From a virus, in the IMG/VR virus record IMGVR_UViG_3300020034_000008, positions 1 through 64,000 of that record: DNA of 64,000 bases; one strand, 5' to 3'. The notes under the pieces were generated by a model, which worked only from the letters and a program-made list of their open reading frames with translations, made no database searches and had not been told where the DNA came from. This document shows positions 15,574 to 25,221 of the stretch, piece by piece; position 1 is the first letter of the stretch; each line of letters starts with the position of its first letter. Made by a program: the position numbers and the translations under genes.

Positions 15574-16371
15574 ATGGCGTCCAAATCGACACTTTCGTTT
15601 GTTATGCAGGCAGTTAGGTCAGCAACTAATCGCGGTGATAAGACTTTTGAGTCAACTGTAACAATACCAGATATACTTGAATTTCAGGTTGTGGAAATGG
15701 TTGTGCCAGCAGGTGATGTTGGAGTACCTGTAAATTTTGGCCAGATCGAATCTGCTTCTGGGTTTCTTGTGTTTACATCCAAATTGATTGGTTTAAGAAT
15801 TAATAGTCCTAGTGCCCCACAAATTCCTTGTGGTTCTCAAACTGTTCTGCTTGATACAGCAGTTACGTCTCTGAATATAGACAATAATCTACTTGTAGAT
15901 GCTACAGACCAAACTGTTGAGATATGGTTAGCCTCAAAGCTTAACGGTGTAGCACCTGGATCTTTTGGAGGAGGAAGTATGATCGCAGACGATGTCGCCC
16001 TCGCTCAACCAGCTAATCCTGGGGCGAATGCAACTGCTATTGTTTTTGATACAACAGCTATAGGTGGTATAACACTTCAACAGCGTGCAGCACGTCTAGA
16101 TGTTCGAGAAGTTCTTGTGACTGTTGAAACTGATGTGGCTTGCAGGTTTTTTACTGCTTGGATTGACCCTCTAACGCCAACAATTTTTACTGTGTATAAT
16201 CAAGATCAAAATGATAATAATCCAGGTGAGGCTATTTTAGCAAATACACCGTTTTCAAGAATTGTAAACTGCATCGGCATTGACTCTAAGATCTATGTAA
16301 CAGTACCTGCTGGTCCAGCGCCTACTGTTTGGAAAGTGATGGCTAAGACTAGTCCACTGAGGAGTGCTTAA
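15574..16371 (+). CDS. hypothetical beta-rich protein, possibly virion-associated
   Basis: AGGAGG RBS; two beta-rich segments joined by a Gly linker. Confidence 0.6.
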   Translation: MASKSTLSFVMQAVRSATNRGDKTFESTVTIPDILEFQVVEMVVPAGDVGVPVNFGQIESASGFLVFTSKLIGLRINSPSAPQIPCGSQTVLLDTAVTSLNIDNNLLVDATDQTVEIWLASKLNGVAPGSFGGGSMIADDVALAQPANPGANATAIVFDTTAIGGITLQQRAARLDVREVLVTVETDVACRFFTAWIDPLTPTIFTVYNQDQNDNNPGEAILANTPFSRIVNCIGIDSKIYVTVPAGPAPTVWKVMAKTSPLRSA

Positions 16372-17134
16372 CGTGTCCACTGATAATGGGCGCACACCAT
16401 CTTCACCCGATTTTAAGGCTAATAACCCTAAGACGATTAATCTCAGTGCTGGTAAAAAAGTTTTTATTGTCCTTCAGGACTCAGGAACTAATACACCGTC
16501 AACTGTCCTTAAACTTAGACGTGGCACCACAGGCACACCAATTGCAGCTGCTGGGGCTGCTTCAGCATTTGCTGGAAGAGTTGAATTAGAACTCGATGAT
16601 GCCATTAATAATAGTCAAATTGCAGCAGTGTTGAACTGGTATTGGCGTGCAGTAGGTTCAAATATTGGTGCTGATTCTGGTGTATTATCAGTTATGGTAC
16701 AGTCGTCTGGAACGTTAAAGGAAGTTCTGCGAATCAACGACTATTCGGTGCAACTACCTGGTGGTAGCACTACAAATCCGGGCCACAGTTTTCCAGAAGA
16801 CAATAGACACGGCATGGGGCTCGACGGCAGCGGTCGTGTGTTCCTCGGCCACACCTCGTTACCTTTCATAGTTGGTGATACGGTAGGTGGTATTCCTAGG
16901 ATTGGTGTGCTTGAAAATGCTAATGCACCTGTTCCTGTTGCGGTAGTAGGTGCAAATATCACTAACAATGTCACGTCAGGTGGCTCAGCAAACGTGATCA
17001 ACAATATAACAGCTGCTAGTGGTGATGCTACAGCGGCCAAACTTACTGACACACGCGATGCTATTTTTCGACTCACGCAGGAAGTGTCCATGTTGAAAGC
17101 ACAACTAAAGTTGGTTGGCTACTGCAAGACATAA
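16364..17134 (+). CDS. putative fibre-like virion protein
   Basis: Gly/Thr/Ala-rich beta segments, C-terminal short coiled coil. Confidence 0.5.
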   Translation: MLNVSTDNGRTPSSPDFKANNPKTINLSAGKKVFIVLQDSGTNTPSTVLKLRRGTTGTPIAAAGAASAFAGRVELELDDAINNSQIAAVLNWYWRAVGSNIGADSGVLSVMVQSSGTLKEVLRINDYSVQLPGGSTTNPGHSFPEDNRHGMGLDGSGRVFLGHTSLPFIVGDTVGGIPRIGVLENANAPVPVAVVGANITNNVTSGGSANVINNITAASGDATAAKLTDTRDAIFRLTQEVSMLKAQLKLVGYCKT

Positions 17135-17136
17135 CC

Positions 17137-17790
17137 ATGTCATTAATTGCTAAACTACCTATTGCCAGGAACAGCAAGGTTGGTGTTATTGGCGATTCCA
17201 TCACGTTTTTTGGTTGGTATTACCATCTGATAGGTTTGTCTCGGTTTGCCACTGACATTGGTCGTTCTCCAAGCCGTGGTGGGTACTATAGAACCAGTGA
17301 GCCACCACTAGACATCGTATGGATTAACTCTGGTCAGTCTGGTGACAGAATTTCAAATATAGAAGCCAATGTAGCTGGCAGAATTACAGCATATCAACTT
17401 CAGGCTATTATTCTAGCTATTGGAGTCAATGATCTTAGGTTTGGTACTAGTCTCGGTACATTTTCCACGTTATTTAACAGTACAGTTGACCAAGCTCGTG
17501 CAGCACAACCGGGATTGAATATAGCTGCTACTGGTATTTTCTGTAATGGAGAAGATATACCTAATGCAACTGAGTCTGGTCTTTTAGCATTAAATGCTAT
17601 TCAAGCTGCAACTATGGACCGGGTAAATGGAACATGGACAGATGTGCATTCGAAGGTTGTTGAATGGGAAGCAGAAAACAATCCTTCGCACTTGCCTGGT
17701 GGGTTGTTGACAGATGAAGGATTTCACCCTAGCGACTTAGGAAAATTTAAGTTCTCAGAGTGGGTAAATCCTTATATACAATACATATAA
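17137..17790 (+). CDS. SGNH/GDSL hydrolase
   Basis: GDSIT, NSGQSG, GVND, EGFHP blocks. Confidence 0.85.
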   Translation: MSLIAKLPIARNSKVGVIGDSITFFGWYYHLIGLSRFATDIGRSPSRGGYYRTSEPPLDIVWINSGQSGDRISNIEANVAGRITAYQLQAIILAIGVNDLRFGTSLGTFSTLFNSTVDQARAAQPGLNIAATGIFCNGEDIPNATESGLLALNAIQAATMDRVNGTWTDVHSKVVEWEAENNPSHLPGGLLTDEGFHPSDLGKFKFSEWVNPYIQYI

Positions 17791-17803
17791 GTTGTAATGT
17801 ATT

Positions 17804-18118
17804 ATGTCTGATGTTTGGGAGAAACTTTTAAATGCAGGCAAAGAAGGTAAAGCCTTACAGGTATCTGTCCCTCCAGGGGCTAGAATTAGGCGGCAAAAAC
17901 GACCAAAGGCTGGGCGTCCTCGCGTTAGAGGGCCTCTCTTGTTCGGCGATTACGCTGGGTATGACCCAACGCAAGGGGGTCGGCCTTATTGCTATCTCAG
18001 AGGTTGCAACAAAAACCTCAGAAAAGACCAACCAATTGGTTGCTGTGCAGAGCACGAAGCAATTGTAGTCAAAGAAGCGGAAGAAATTCTGCGAAAGGCT
18101 AAACGTGAGGCGGCTTAG
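17804..18118 (+). CDS. hypothetical basic Cys-containing protein
   Basis: CxxxxC...CCxxH. Confidence 0.6.
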   Translation: MSDVWEKLLNAGKEGKALQVSVPPGARIRRQKRPKAGRPRVRGPLLFGDYAGYDPTQGGRPYCYLRGCNKNLRKDQPIGCCAEHEAIVVKEAEEILRKAKREAA

Positions 18119-18422
18119 TGGTGTAGAGATGCGAGAGGAGCTTCAAAATGCTCATGACTATGTTGTGCCATCAACGCAAGAAGATGAGGATAAACCACCA
18201 AGTCAATCTGAACTGCACGCTGATCGAATGCTGGTTGACGCTTTTGGAAAAGAGCAGACTCTTGATCCACCGCCGTGGATGCAGCGATTACGATCTGAGT
18301 TTACCCGTGGGCATGAGCAAGGCCAAAGACTACAACGATCTTTAGACCGTACAGAAAATACTCGCGGAATGACTAAGTCTTTTAACAAATTTGAACTGGT
18401 TAGAGACTGGGAACCTAAGTAA
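18105..18422 (+). CDS. hypothetical protein upstream of terminase
   Basis: Position fits a small terminase subunit, but no motif supports it. Confidence 0.55.
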   Translation: MRRLSGVEMREELQNAHDYVVPSTQEDEDKPPSQSELHADRMLVDAFGKEQTLDPPPWMQRLRSEFTRGHEQGQRLQRSLDRTENTRGMTKSFNKFELVRDWEPK

Positions 18423-18427
18423 TAGCT

Positions 18428-20140
18428 GTGAGTGTAGTTTCAGCTAAACAGTCTGTTCGCGATCAACTTGTGTGCCCTATGAGCACCAAGGAACTTGCGA
18501 CATTGATTCTGGGTATGGTTGAGCAGGTCAATAGTATTGACTTGTACGCCTACCAGCGTGTGCTAGCGTTCAGGATTATAGAATCTCTGCTGTTAAACGA
18601 TGGCGCTGTTATAACAGCCTTGTTTAGTCGGCAGGCTGGTAAATCATCTACGTTATCGTCTGTGGCTTTAGCTCTTTGTATATTTTTGCCTGGATTAGCA
18701 AACATCTATCCAAATGATGATCGTCTTTCTATGTTCAAAGACGGTGTTTGGATTGGTGTATTTGCACCAAAGCTTGAATTGTCTGGTCCTATCTACATTA
18801 AGATTAGAAATGTAGCTGAGAGCGACCATGTACGCGGGATAATGTCTGATCCTGAGCTAAATCTTACTATTGCACAAAGTCGTGGTGACTCTTTAGCGTT
18901 TAGTAATGGATCTATAGTTAAAGCTCAAACTGCTAGTGAGCAAACTATTAATGAGGGTGGTACATATCACCTTGTATTAATAGATGAAGCTCAACGAGTC
19001 AGTAAGTTTAAGATTCAAAAAGAAATTGGTCCGATGTTAAGTTCCACAAATGGATCATTGATAAAAATCGGTACTGCATGGATGAGTCGTGGTGGCTTTC
19101 ACAACGATATTCAGCATAATGTTGCTGTACAAGAGCGTGGTGGAGCACGTAATCACTACCAGTTTGATTACGAGCAAGTTATTGCTGAAAAGCGTGCTCT
19201 GTATAACAGACAGAAACGAGAGTTTGAAGCTGGTAAGAGAAAAGAAAAGCCAAATATCTTCCATCTTAAGTATGAGAAGTGGTTAATTGGTGAATTACAG
19301 CGCCTAGCAGGTAACAAAGACAGCGAAGAATTCAAGATGAATTTCCGACTCCTTTGGCAGGAGTCGAGAATGATTGCAATAAAAGAGGTTGTGTTAACGT
19401 CTTGTGCTTTGCAAGGTTCAGAAATGAACCAACCAAAACATGCTGGTTACCAAGTAGCTTCTCTAGACGTCGCAAAAAGTGTGGATTCTACTGTTTTAAC
19501 AGTGGTGGAAGTAGAGCGTACTTCTGTTATAATCGACAAGAATAGTCGTATACCTTCTGGCCAGATACAGCAGCCACAGATTTATCAGCGAAAGTTAATT
19601 CTTGGTTGGCTAGAGTTGCAAGGGTCGTTCGAAGGCATACAGTACAATGGTATACAAGCATTTCTGAAAGACTACTCTGTGCGTTACATGCTTGTAGACG
19701 CCACAGGAATAGGTGACCCTGTGTGCGAGCGACTGCAGGTATTGTTAAGTGGCATAGAAGTTGAGCCATTTAAGTATAACACCTCTAGTAAAAGCGATCT
19801 ATACAAATACTATTTACAAGAGTTAGAGGCTCAACGTGTACTTTACCCTGCTGGCGCCCTTACACAACGCTCTAAAGAGTACCAAAAGTTTGTTCAACAA
19901 CATACAGATTTAGAAAAAGAGTGGCACGGTAGCTATATGATTTGTCATGCACCTGAAGGTGAGCATGACGATTATCCAGATTCTGCCGCTGTAGCTGTGT
20001 GGGCTAGCCGCAAAATTATTGAAGATAATCCAATGGTTGAGGTAGAAGTTGAGTCGTACAATCGAGAAGATGTCAGTCGGCGTCACCCTGGCGTTCGCGG
20101 AAATAGTCGCGAAAGTCGGTACGTGCGCAGGCGGCATTGA
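18428..20140 (+). CDS. terL: terminase large subunit
   Basis: YQ motif, SRQAGKS Walker A, LVLIDEAQ Walker B, nuclease motifs LDVAK..D, DATGIG and HDDYPDS. Confidence 0.93.
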   Translation: MSVVSAKQSVRDQLVCPMSTKELATLILGMVEQVNSIDLYAYQRVLAFRIIESLLLNDGAVITALFSRQAGKSSTLSSVALALCIFLPGLANIYPNDDRLSMFKDGVWIGVFAPKLELSGPIYIKIRNVAESDHVRGIMSDPELNLTIAQSRGDSLAFSNGSIVKAQTASEQTINEGGTYHLVLIDEAQRVSKFKIQKEIGPMLSSTNGSLIKIGTAWMSRGGFHNDIQHNVAVQERGGARNHYQFDYEQVIAEKRALYNRQKREFEAGKRKEKPNIFHLKYEKWLIGELQRLAGNKDSEEFKMNFRLLWQESRMIAIKEVVLTSCALQGSEMNQPKHAGYQVASLDVAKSVDSTVLTVVEVERTSVIIDKNSRIPSGQIQQPQIYQRKLILGWLELQGSFEGIQYNGIQAFLKDYSVRYMLVDATGIGDPVCERLQVLLSGIEVEPFKYNTSSKSDLYKYYLQELEAQRVLYPAGALTQRSKEYQKFVQQHTDLEKEWHGSYMICHAPEGEHDDYPDSAAVAVWASRKIIEDNPMVEVEVESYNREDVSRRHPGVRGNSRESRYVRRRH

Positions 20141-20158
20141 CATCGATTGACGTATCTG

Positions 20159-20188
20159 TTGCGTAAAACGCAAATCCGGTGCTACCTT
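20159..20188 (+). promoter_or_regulatory. sigma70-like promoter (TTGCGT-N18-TACCTT, extended TG) with palindrome TTGCGTAAAACGCAA
   Basis: Intergenic; the palindrome overlaps the -35 box. Confidence 0.45.
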
Positions 20189-20257
20189 TAGGACAAACGC
20201 GCAGTCATGGCGATCGGTTCGCTTTGACGCCGGAAACTCGTCCTGAGGAGGTTCACC

Positions 20258-20692
20258 GTGGCACGTACCAACATCACCAAACGTCAGATTCGATTCCCGA
20301 TTAGCTCTGCCAACCGCGATCTGCTTTTCAATAAGCTTGCCGAGCATGACGCTGCTCTGGATTCGATGTCCGGTGACGGAACAGCAGCCTCACTTGAGGA
20401 AACTGTTGTTGCTGCCGGTCCTCTGAATCCTAACATTCTGATTACCAATCTGAGTGTTACAGGTACAGTTGCATACACACTGGCTGCTGGCACGAAGATC
20501 GGCCAACGCAAACTTATTAGGCAAGTTGTTGCTGCAACTTCACCTTCTGGTACTATTGCTGGAACATTCAAGAGTGGCGCTACTACAGGTACATCACTCG
20601 GTATCTGGGATGCATTGACTGATACTGCTGAGATTTTCTGGAATGGTACTCAGTGGACTGTCGGAGCTTCTGTTGGTGTTGCTGTCACCTAA
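20258..20692 (+). CDS. putative head fibre/decoration protein
   Basis: GAGGAGG RBS; TLAAG..GQ.K.I...WNG..W beta domain. Confidence 0.55.
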   Translation: MARTNITKRQIRFPISSANRDLLFNKLAEHDAALDSMSGDGTAASLEETVVAAGPLNPNILITNLSVTGTVAYTLAAGTKIGQRKLIRQVVAATSPSGTIAGTFKSGATTGTSLGIWDALTDTAEIFWNGTQWTVGASVGVAVT

Positions 20693-20705
20693 GTTGTAAT
20701 TTAGT

Positions 20706-20900
20706 ATGTCTGGTAATGTTTATGCTTTAGTAGCTGAATTTGAACGTAGTCCTACTAAACAGGGTTGTTCTACGTTTATAAAGGGTTTACTACTGCAGTT
20801 AATAGACGCAGGTACAGACCAGGCTAAATTGAGGGTTTTGATCAAAGATCTTCAATCGGCTGTTTTGGTTGTAGATTTTACATCTGAACCTGCTACATAA
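20706..20900 (+). CDS. hypothetical protein
   Basis: 64-aa ORF. Confidence 0.5.
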   Translation: MSGNVYALVAEFERSPTKQGCSTFIKGLLLQLIDAGTDQAKLRVLIKDLQSAVLVVDFTSEPAT

Positions 20901-20914
20901 CACGAGGTGAAGTA

Positions 20915-21115
20915 ATGGCAACAGGACATAGGGGTGGTTTTAAAGTAACTGTTCAGACAGTAAATCTGATGGCAGATCCTTTGCCTCAGCCTAGCTTGTC
21001 TGAAGGTTTAGCTCTTGGTGTTGGTAAAGCCCATCGTCAAGACGTTAATGGAGGAGTTGAGTTTCGTAATTTTCGTCGCACTACTCCACTAAAACTTAAG
21101 AATATAATTAAATGA
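20915..21115 (+). CDS. small basic hypothetical protein
   Basis: GAGGTG RBS. Confidence 0.6.
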   Translation: MATGHRGGFKVTVQTVNLMADPLPQPSLSEGLALGVGKAHRQDVNGGVEFRNFRRTTPLKLKNIIK

Positions 21116-21288
21116 GTATATTGACTATACTCATTATTTTGCTTGTTGTTGCCGCTTGTGGTGGGTTTTGGTCCAATAGTGGTGGCAGAACATACGGATC
21201 GTATGGATGGTCGCCCTTAGGCGTTATAGTTATTATTTTGGTAGTTCTTTTAGTTACAGGTAATCTAGGACATATACGACTTAGATAG
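21112..21288 (+). CDS. small two-TM membrane protein, DUF3309-like
   Basis: Translated manually: MSILTILIILLVV...YGWSPLGVIVIILVVLLVTGNL; ATGA overlap. Confidence 0.6.
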   Translation: MSILTILIILLVVAACGGFWSNSGGRTYGSYGWSPLGVIVIILVVLLVTGNLGHIRLR

Positions 21289-21292
21289 TTTT

Positions 21293-21736
21293 ATGGTTAT
21301 TCGTTACTACGGTCGTGAGATTGACCCTTCCATTCTGTCTAAAGCAGGGTGGAGGGGTCGTCTTGTTCGTATGTATGCACGCATAGTCGCTTGGTTAGAA
21401 CGTAAAATTGAGTGGCATGTTATGCATGTACTAGCTGCACAAGCTGGTGCAACAAAAGAGAATGTACATAATCTTGAAACAGTCTTTGATGCTGAAACTG
21501 GAAATAAACGTAGCACTGTATTGATGGGAATGTTGAATACAGACCTTGTAGAGAAGAGATACTCTGCACGTAAGTCTTCAGGAGAAGATCCTAAGACATA
21601 CAGGCAGAATCGGTCAATGCGAACGCAAGATTTTCTGGCTCGCTACGCTGGTGTTGGTAGAGCAGGTGCGTATCGCTACGCGCGAAATCAACGCCTTGCA
21701 GCGCCTGATGGTGATGTAGACGAAGGAGAAACTTAA
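21293..21736 (+). CDS. hypothetical protein
   Basis: 147-aa ORF. Confidence 0.65.
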   Translation: MVIRYYGREIDPSILSKAGWRGRLVRMYARIVAWLERKIEWHVMHVLAAQAGATKENVHNLETVFDAETGNKRSTVLMGMLNTDLVEKRYSARKSSGEDPKTYRQNRSMRTQDFLARYAGVGRAGAYRYARNQRLAAPDGDVDEGET

Positions 21737-22045
21737 ATGGCTATGAAAGTTGGAGGCCCTGGTTCAAGAGGGGCTAAATTTGAGATAAGTCGTAATGGTA
21801 AAGTTCAATACTTTCACCACGGTAATACAAAGCATCCTAGTGGGCATGGGCTCGCGCATCCTATTATTAAGCCTATTGTTAAGCCAGTAATTCCTAAGTT
21901 AATAGTCAAGCAGCTACCTAAAAAGGAAGACAAGCCAAAACAAAAGTTAACTAGAGAGGCTAAGCCTAGTCCGCCTAAATCTAGTAAGGCACTTAATCAT
22001 CATATTGCTACAGGTCACAAAAACCTGCTGATTAAACGTGGCTGA
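21737..22045 (+). CDS. Lys/His/Pro-rich hypothetical protein
   Basis: AAGGAG RBS. Confidence 0.65.
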   Translation: MAMKVGGPGSRGAKFEISRNGKVQYFHHGNTKHPSGHGLAHPIIKPIVKPVIPKLIVKQLPKKEDKPKQKLTREAKPSPPKSSKALNHHIATGHKNLLIKRG

Positions 22046-22217
22046 TAAAACACCTGTAGCTAAAGTTGTGGAACGTAAATTTCCACACCTATCACATGGC
22101 GCTTTTCCTTCTACCTCTGACACTGTTAAGTTACCTGAAACTGCAAAAGATGAACCGGAAGGTAATGTAACACCTCTGTCTTGGTGGAGACGTATGGTCG
22201 GGAAGAAGGCAGGCTAG
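22038..22217 (+). CDS. small hypothetical protein (59 aa)
   Basis: Translated manually, GTG start, fills the gap to the portal gene. Confidence 0.5.
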   Translation: MADKTPVAKVVERKFPHLSHGAFPSTSDTVKLPETAKDEPEGNVTPLSWWRRMVGKKAG

Positions 22218-22220
22218 TTT

Positions 22221-24287
22221 ATGTCAATGACTTTCGGTGCCTTTACTTCTGCTGGGTCTGGTGGAGGCTCAGCTTTCCAGCGCGTTATAGACCCTAGTCA
22301 ACTAGGCATGTTTTTAAATCTTGAAGCTGCAGAGATGCAACGGCTTAAGAGATACACAGAGTATTGGCGCTTCTACCTCGGTCAGCATTGGCAATTCACA
22401 CGCGAAGATGGAGAGCCTCTTGTCACACTGAACTATGTTCAGCTTCTTGTAGACAAAGCTACAGCTTGGCTAGTTGGCCAAGATATGACAATTAAGGTAC
22501 CTGACGCTCTAAAAGATCACACGCTGCCTGTGTTGCAAGAGGTTTGGGAGTACAATAACCAGGGACAGACTCTGTATGATATTGGAACTGTCGGCGGTGT
22601 AACTGGTGATGCGTTTATTCTTGTTACCTATGTTGAACCTACTGCGCAGGCGAAGCGTATTAATCCACATACTGAAGGTCGTATACGCATTCAGCTTATA
22701 GGTAGCGAACAGGTGTACCCTCAGTGGGACCCTATGAATATAGATGTACTAAAAGCGGTACGAATTGAGACAATTTTCTACGACGATCGTAACACAGACA
22801 TTCAAGATGGTAGTCAACAGCAGGGTCGGCAACTGCAAGCTCGTCGCTGGACACAGACTATTACAGCCACAGAGATTATAGAGCAGTTTCAAGGCGGTGA
22901 AAGGATCTCTAAACCAAATCCACTTGGCGAAATTAGCCTTGTTCACATTAAGAACAAGAGTGTGCCAGGTGAATATTACGGTTTGAGTGACGTGGTTAAC
23001 GTTGTCGATCTCAATAGAGAATTGAATGAGAAGGCGACTGATATATCAGATATAGTTAATTACCATGCTGCCCCTGTAACAATTATACAGGGAGCTAAAG
23101 TTAGAAATTTAGACCGATCTGCTCGTAATATTTGGTCTGGTTTACCTGCTGACGCTAAAGTATACAACCTAGAATTGCAAGGTGATCTTGCTGCTAGTTT
23201 GAACTACTTTGGTACTATAAAGAATTCAATGCTTGAAATTGCACAAACACCGGCAGCTACGCTAGGTGAAGCTCAAGCTATATCAAATACATCCGGTACT
23301 GCCCTGCACACACAGCATCAGCCTTTGATCGAGAAAACTAATCGTAAGAAGACTACATATCAACCTGGTATTGAGCAAATCAATTACTATATTCTTCGTA
23401 TAAAAGAGACTGTAGACCCTTCGTTTATCCTGAGAACCGATTTGTGCCGCCATTGCGGTGGGCGCATAGTAGAATTTGTTGAGCCATATCAAGGCAAACG
23501 TCGAAAATGTTATATGGTCGAACCTCAAACGTTCGAATTTATGAATCCGGACGATGTAAAGATTAAGTATGTACGTCAGCATTCGTTCGGACAAAAGGTA
23601 GAAGAAGCGACTTTTTCTCAAGTTAAAGCTGAAGCTGGTGTTCATGCACCTTCGTTTTGGGACCCTACGCCGTCTATGTCTGCTGATGAAAAAGCAGCAC
23701 AAGACCACGAAGAATTACTGAAACAGGTTCCACCTGAAGTATCTGTTAACCCTGAAACAGGTGCTGAAAAGCGTATAGAGGGGTTTAAGCCAGAAACACC
23801 TATTGCGCAGGTACCTCAAATGCCTATGGAGGCTATAGAGCTACCTGCCGAACCTGAAAAGGTCACTCTGCGAATTGTGCAGTACGATACAGTTACTGGT
23901 AATGAAATTTCTAGTACAGATACTGTTGTAGACGTTGTGCCAACAGGTTGTGAACGTAGTGAGTATCTGAATCCATACTTTAACACAGTTCTTTTCAATG
24001 ATACTGTTCCAAAGGATAAGCAGCTTGTTGCTGATCTTATGGAAAAGTATCAGAAGAATGGCTGGGTTTCTAAACGGTGGATTAGGAAACAGATAACTGA
24101 AGTTGAAGATCCAGAAGCTATGGAAAAAGAGATTGAAGATGAAGCTTCAGATGCTATTGGCCAGGCACAGAGCCAAGTAGATGCCGCCGCAGCAGAAGAT
24201 GCTTCTAATAAATCTGCTGCGTTACAAGTTCAAAATGCTGATTTGCCAATTGGTAATCAAGGTCAAACAGGGGGACAGGTAACATGA
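22221..24287 (+). CDS. portal protein (SPP1 gp6-like)
   Basis: Y.RFYLGQHW, NY...LVD, NPLGEI.LVHI.N....YGLSD, SGTAL motifs; lies between terL and capsid. Confidence 0.9.
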   Translation: MSMTFGAFTSAGSGGGSAFQRVIDPSQLGMFLNLEAAEMQRLKRYTEYWRFYLGQHWQFTREDGEPLVTLNYVQLLVDKATAWLVGQDMTIKVPDALKDHTLPVLQEVWEYNNQGQTLYDIGTVGGVTGDAFILVTYVEPTAQAKRINPHTEGRIRIQLIGSEQVYPQWDPMNIDVLKAVRIETIFYDDRNTDIQDGSQQQGRQLQARRWTQTITATEIIEQFQGGERISKPNPLGEISLVHIKNKSVPGEYYGLSDVVNVVDLNRELNEKATDISDIVNYHAAPVTIIQGAKVRNLDRSARNIWSGLPADAKVYNLELQGDLAASLNYFGTIKNSMLEIAQTPAATLGEAQAISNTSGTALHTQHQPLIEKTNRKKTTYQPGIEQINYYILRIKETVDPSFILRTDLCRHCGGRIVEFVEPYQGKRRKCYMVEPQTFEFMNPDDVKIKYVRQHSFGQKVEEATFSQVKAEAGVHAPSFWDPTPSMSADEKAAQDHEELLKQVPPEVSVNPETGAEKRIEGFKPETPIAQVPQMPMEAIELPAEPEKVTLRIVQYDTVTGNEISSTDTVVDVVPTGCERSEYLNPYFNTVLFNDTVPKDKQLVADLMEKYQKNGWVSKRWIRKQITEVEDPEAMEKEIEDEASDAIGQAQSQVDAAAAEDASNKSAALQVQNADLPIGNQGQTGGQVT

Positions 24288-24469
24288 ACCCATATAAGAT
24301 AAGCGCAAAAACAGCTAAAGGTCGCGCAGCAATGAAAAAGGTTGGTAAAAAGGTTGGCCCCCTTGCTGGCGACATAACTGAAGAACGCGAGTCAGATAAA
24401 GCTGATTCGGTTGAAATGAACGAAGCTGATGACGTTAAACCGCTGAAGAAATCTACCAAAGAAGAGTAG
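24284..24469 (+). CDS. small charged hypothetical protein
   Basis: ATGA overlap with the portal stop. Confidence 0.6.
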   Translation: MNPYKISAKTAKGRAAMKKVGKKVGPLAGDITEERESDKADSVEMNEADDVKPLKKSTKEE

Positions 24470-24471
24470 TT

Positions 24472-24843
24472 ATGAATACTTTCGCACAATCACCACTCTC
24501 TCTGTTGTTAACACCAGAGGTATCTCAGGATGCTTCTACACTAGCTGTAGTTGGTGGTAGACAATCTAGTAATAGGCTGCCTCTGTACAGAACGTGCGCA
24601 GAAGAGTCAGTTGCACCTTTTATTGCACGTATTACGAATAAAGTGCAAGCTGATCCACGACGTTATACTGTTCTTCCTGGTGGTGGAATAGTGTATGAGC
24701 CTGGCGAAGAAGAGAAGCTAGGACAAGTCGATTTGACAAGAATACGAGGTGCAGAGAGCCAAGGTCGTATGTCTTCTGCATATCGTATGTCCAGGTACAC
24801 TGTGTTTAGTGGTGCATTTAACTGTGGAGGAGACAATAAATGA
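24472..24843 (+). CDS. hypothetical protein
   Basis: 123-aa ORF. Confidence 0.6.
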   Translation: MNTFAQSPLSLLLTPEVSQDASTLAVVGGRQSSNRLPLYRTCAEESVAPFIARITNKVQADPRRYTVLPGGGIVYEPGEEEKLGQVDLTRIRGAESQGRMSSAYRMSRYTVFSGAFNCGGDNK

Positions 24844-24906
24844 GTATGTTTAAACTGATGCTGTGCAACTGTACAGTATATGCGCCACAGGTCAACAGAA
24901 TTAAAG

Positions 24907-24936
24907 TTGCCTCTTTCGGATAATACGCCGTATAGT
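24907..24936 (+). promoter_or_regulatory. sigma70-like promoter TTGCCT-N18-TATAGT
   Basis: Intergenic, 9 nt upstream of ATG 24946. Confidence 0.4.
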
Positions 24937-24945
24937 TTAACCATC

Positions 24946-25188
24946 ATGAGAGCCGTACCAGACACTGGCATGGAAGAAGAGTACGACGATCGCGGTTTTG
25001 GTGGGATTGTTGGTGCAAATCGCCATGTTCCACCTTACGACCACTCCAAGGTAGAGACGTGTCCTGATTCGTCTCCTGCTGACTATGGCCCAGCACCTGG
25101 TTTGAATCCCGACTACGGGTCTAAAGGTGTTGATGGTAAGCCAGTGAGCGGACATGTTACGAAAACACGGCTATCTTTAGGTAAGTAA
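24946..25188 (+). CDS. hypothetical protein
   Basis: Start chosen at MRAVPD, downstream of the promoter-like sequence. Confidence 0.55.
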   Translation: MRAVPDTGMEEEYDDRGFGGIVGANRHVPPYDHSKVETCPDSSPADYGPAPGLNPDYGSKGVDGKPVSGHVTKTRLSLGK

Positions 25189-25221
25189 AGATTCTCTGTA
25201 ATCTAATAAAGGAGTAAGCAA

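Noticed and set aside
23430-23975. Intein in portal
   Set aside because: No C-terminal HN-(C/S/T) and no recognisable splicing blocks
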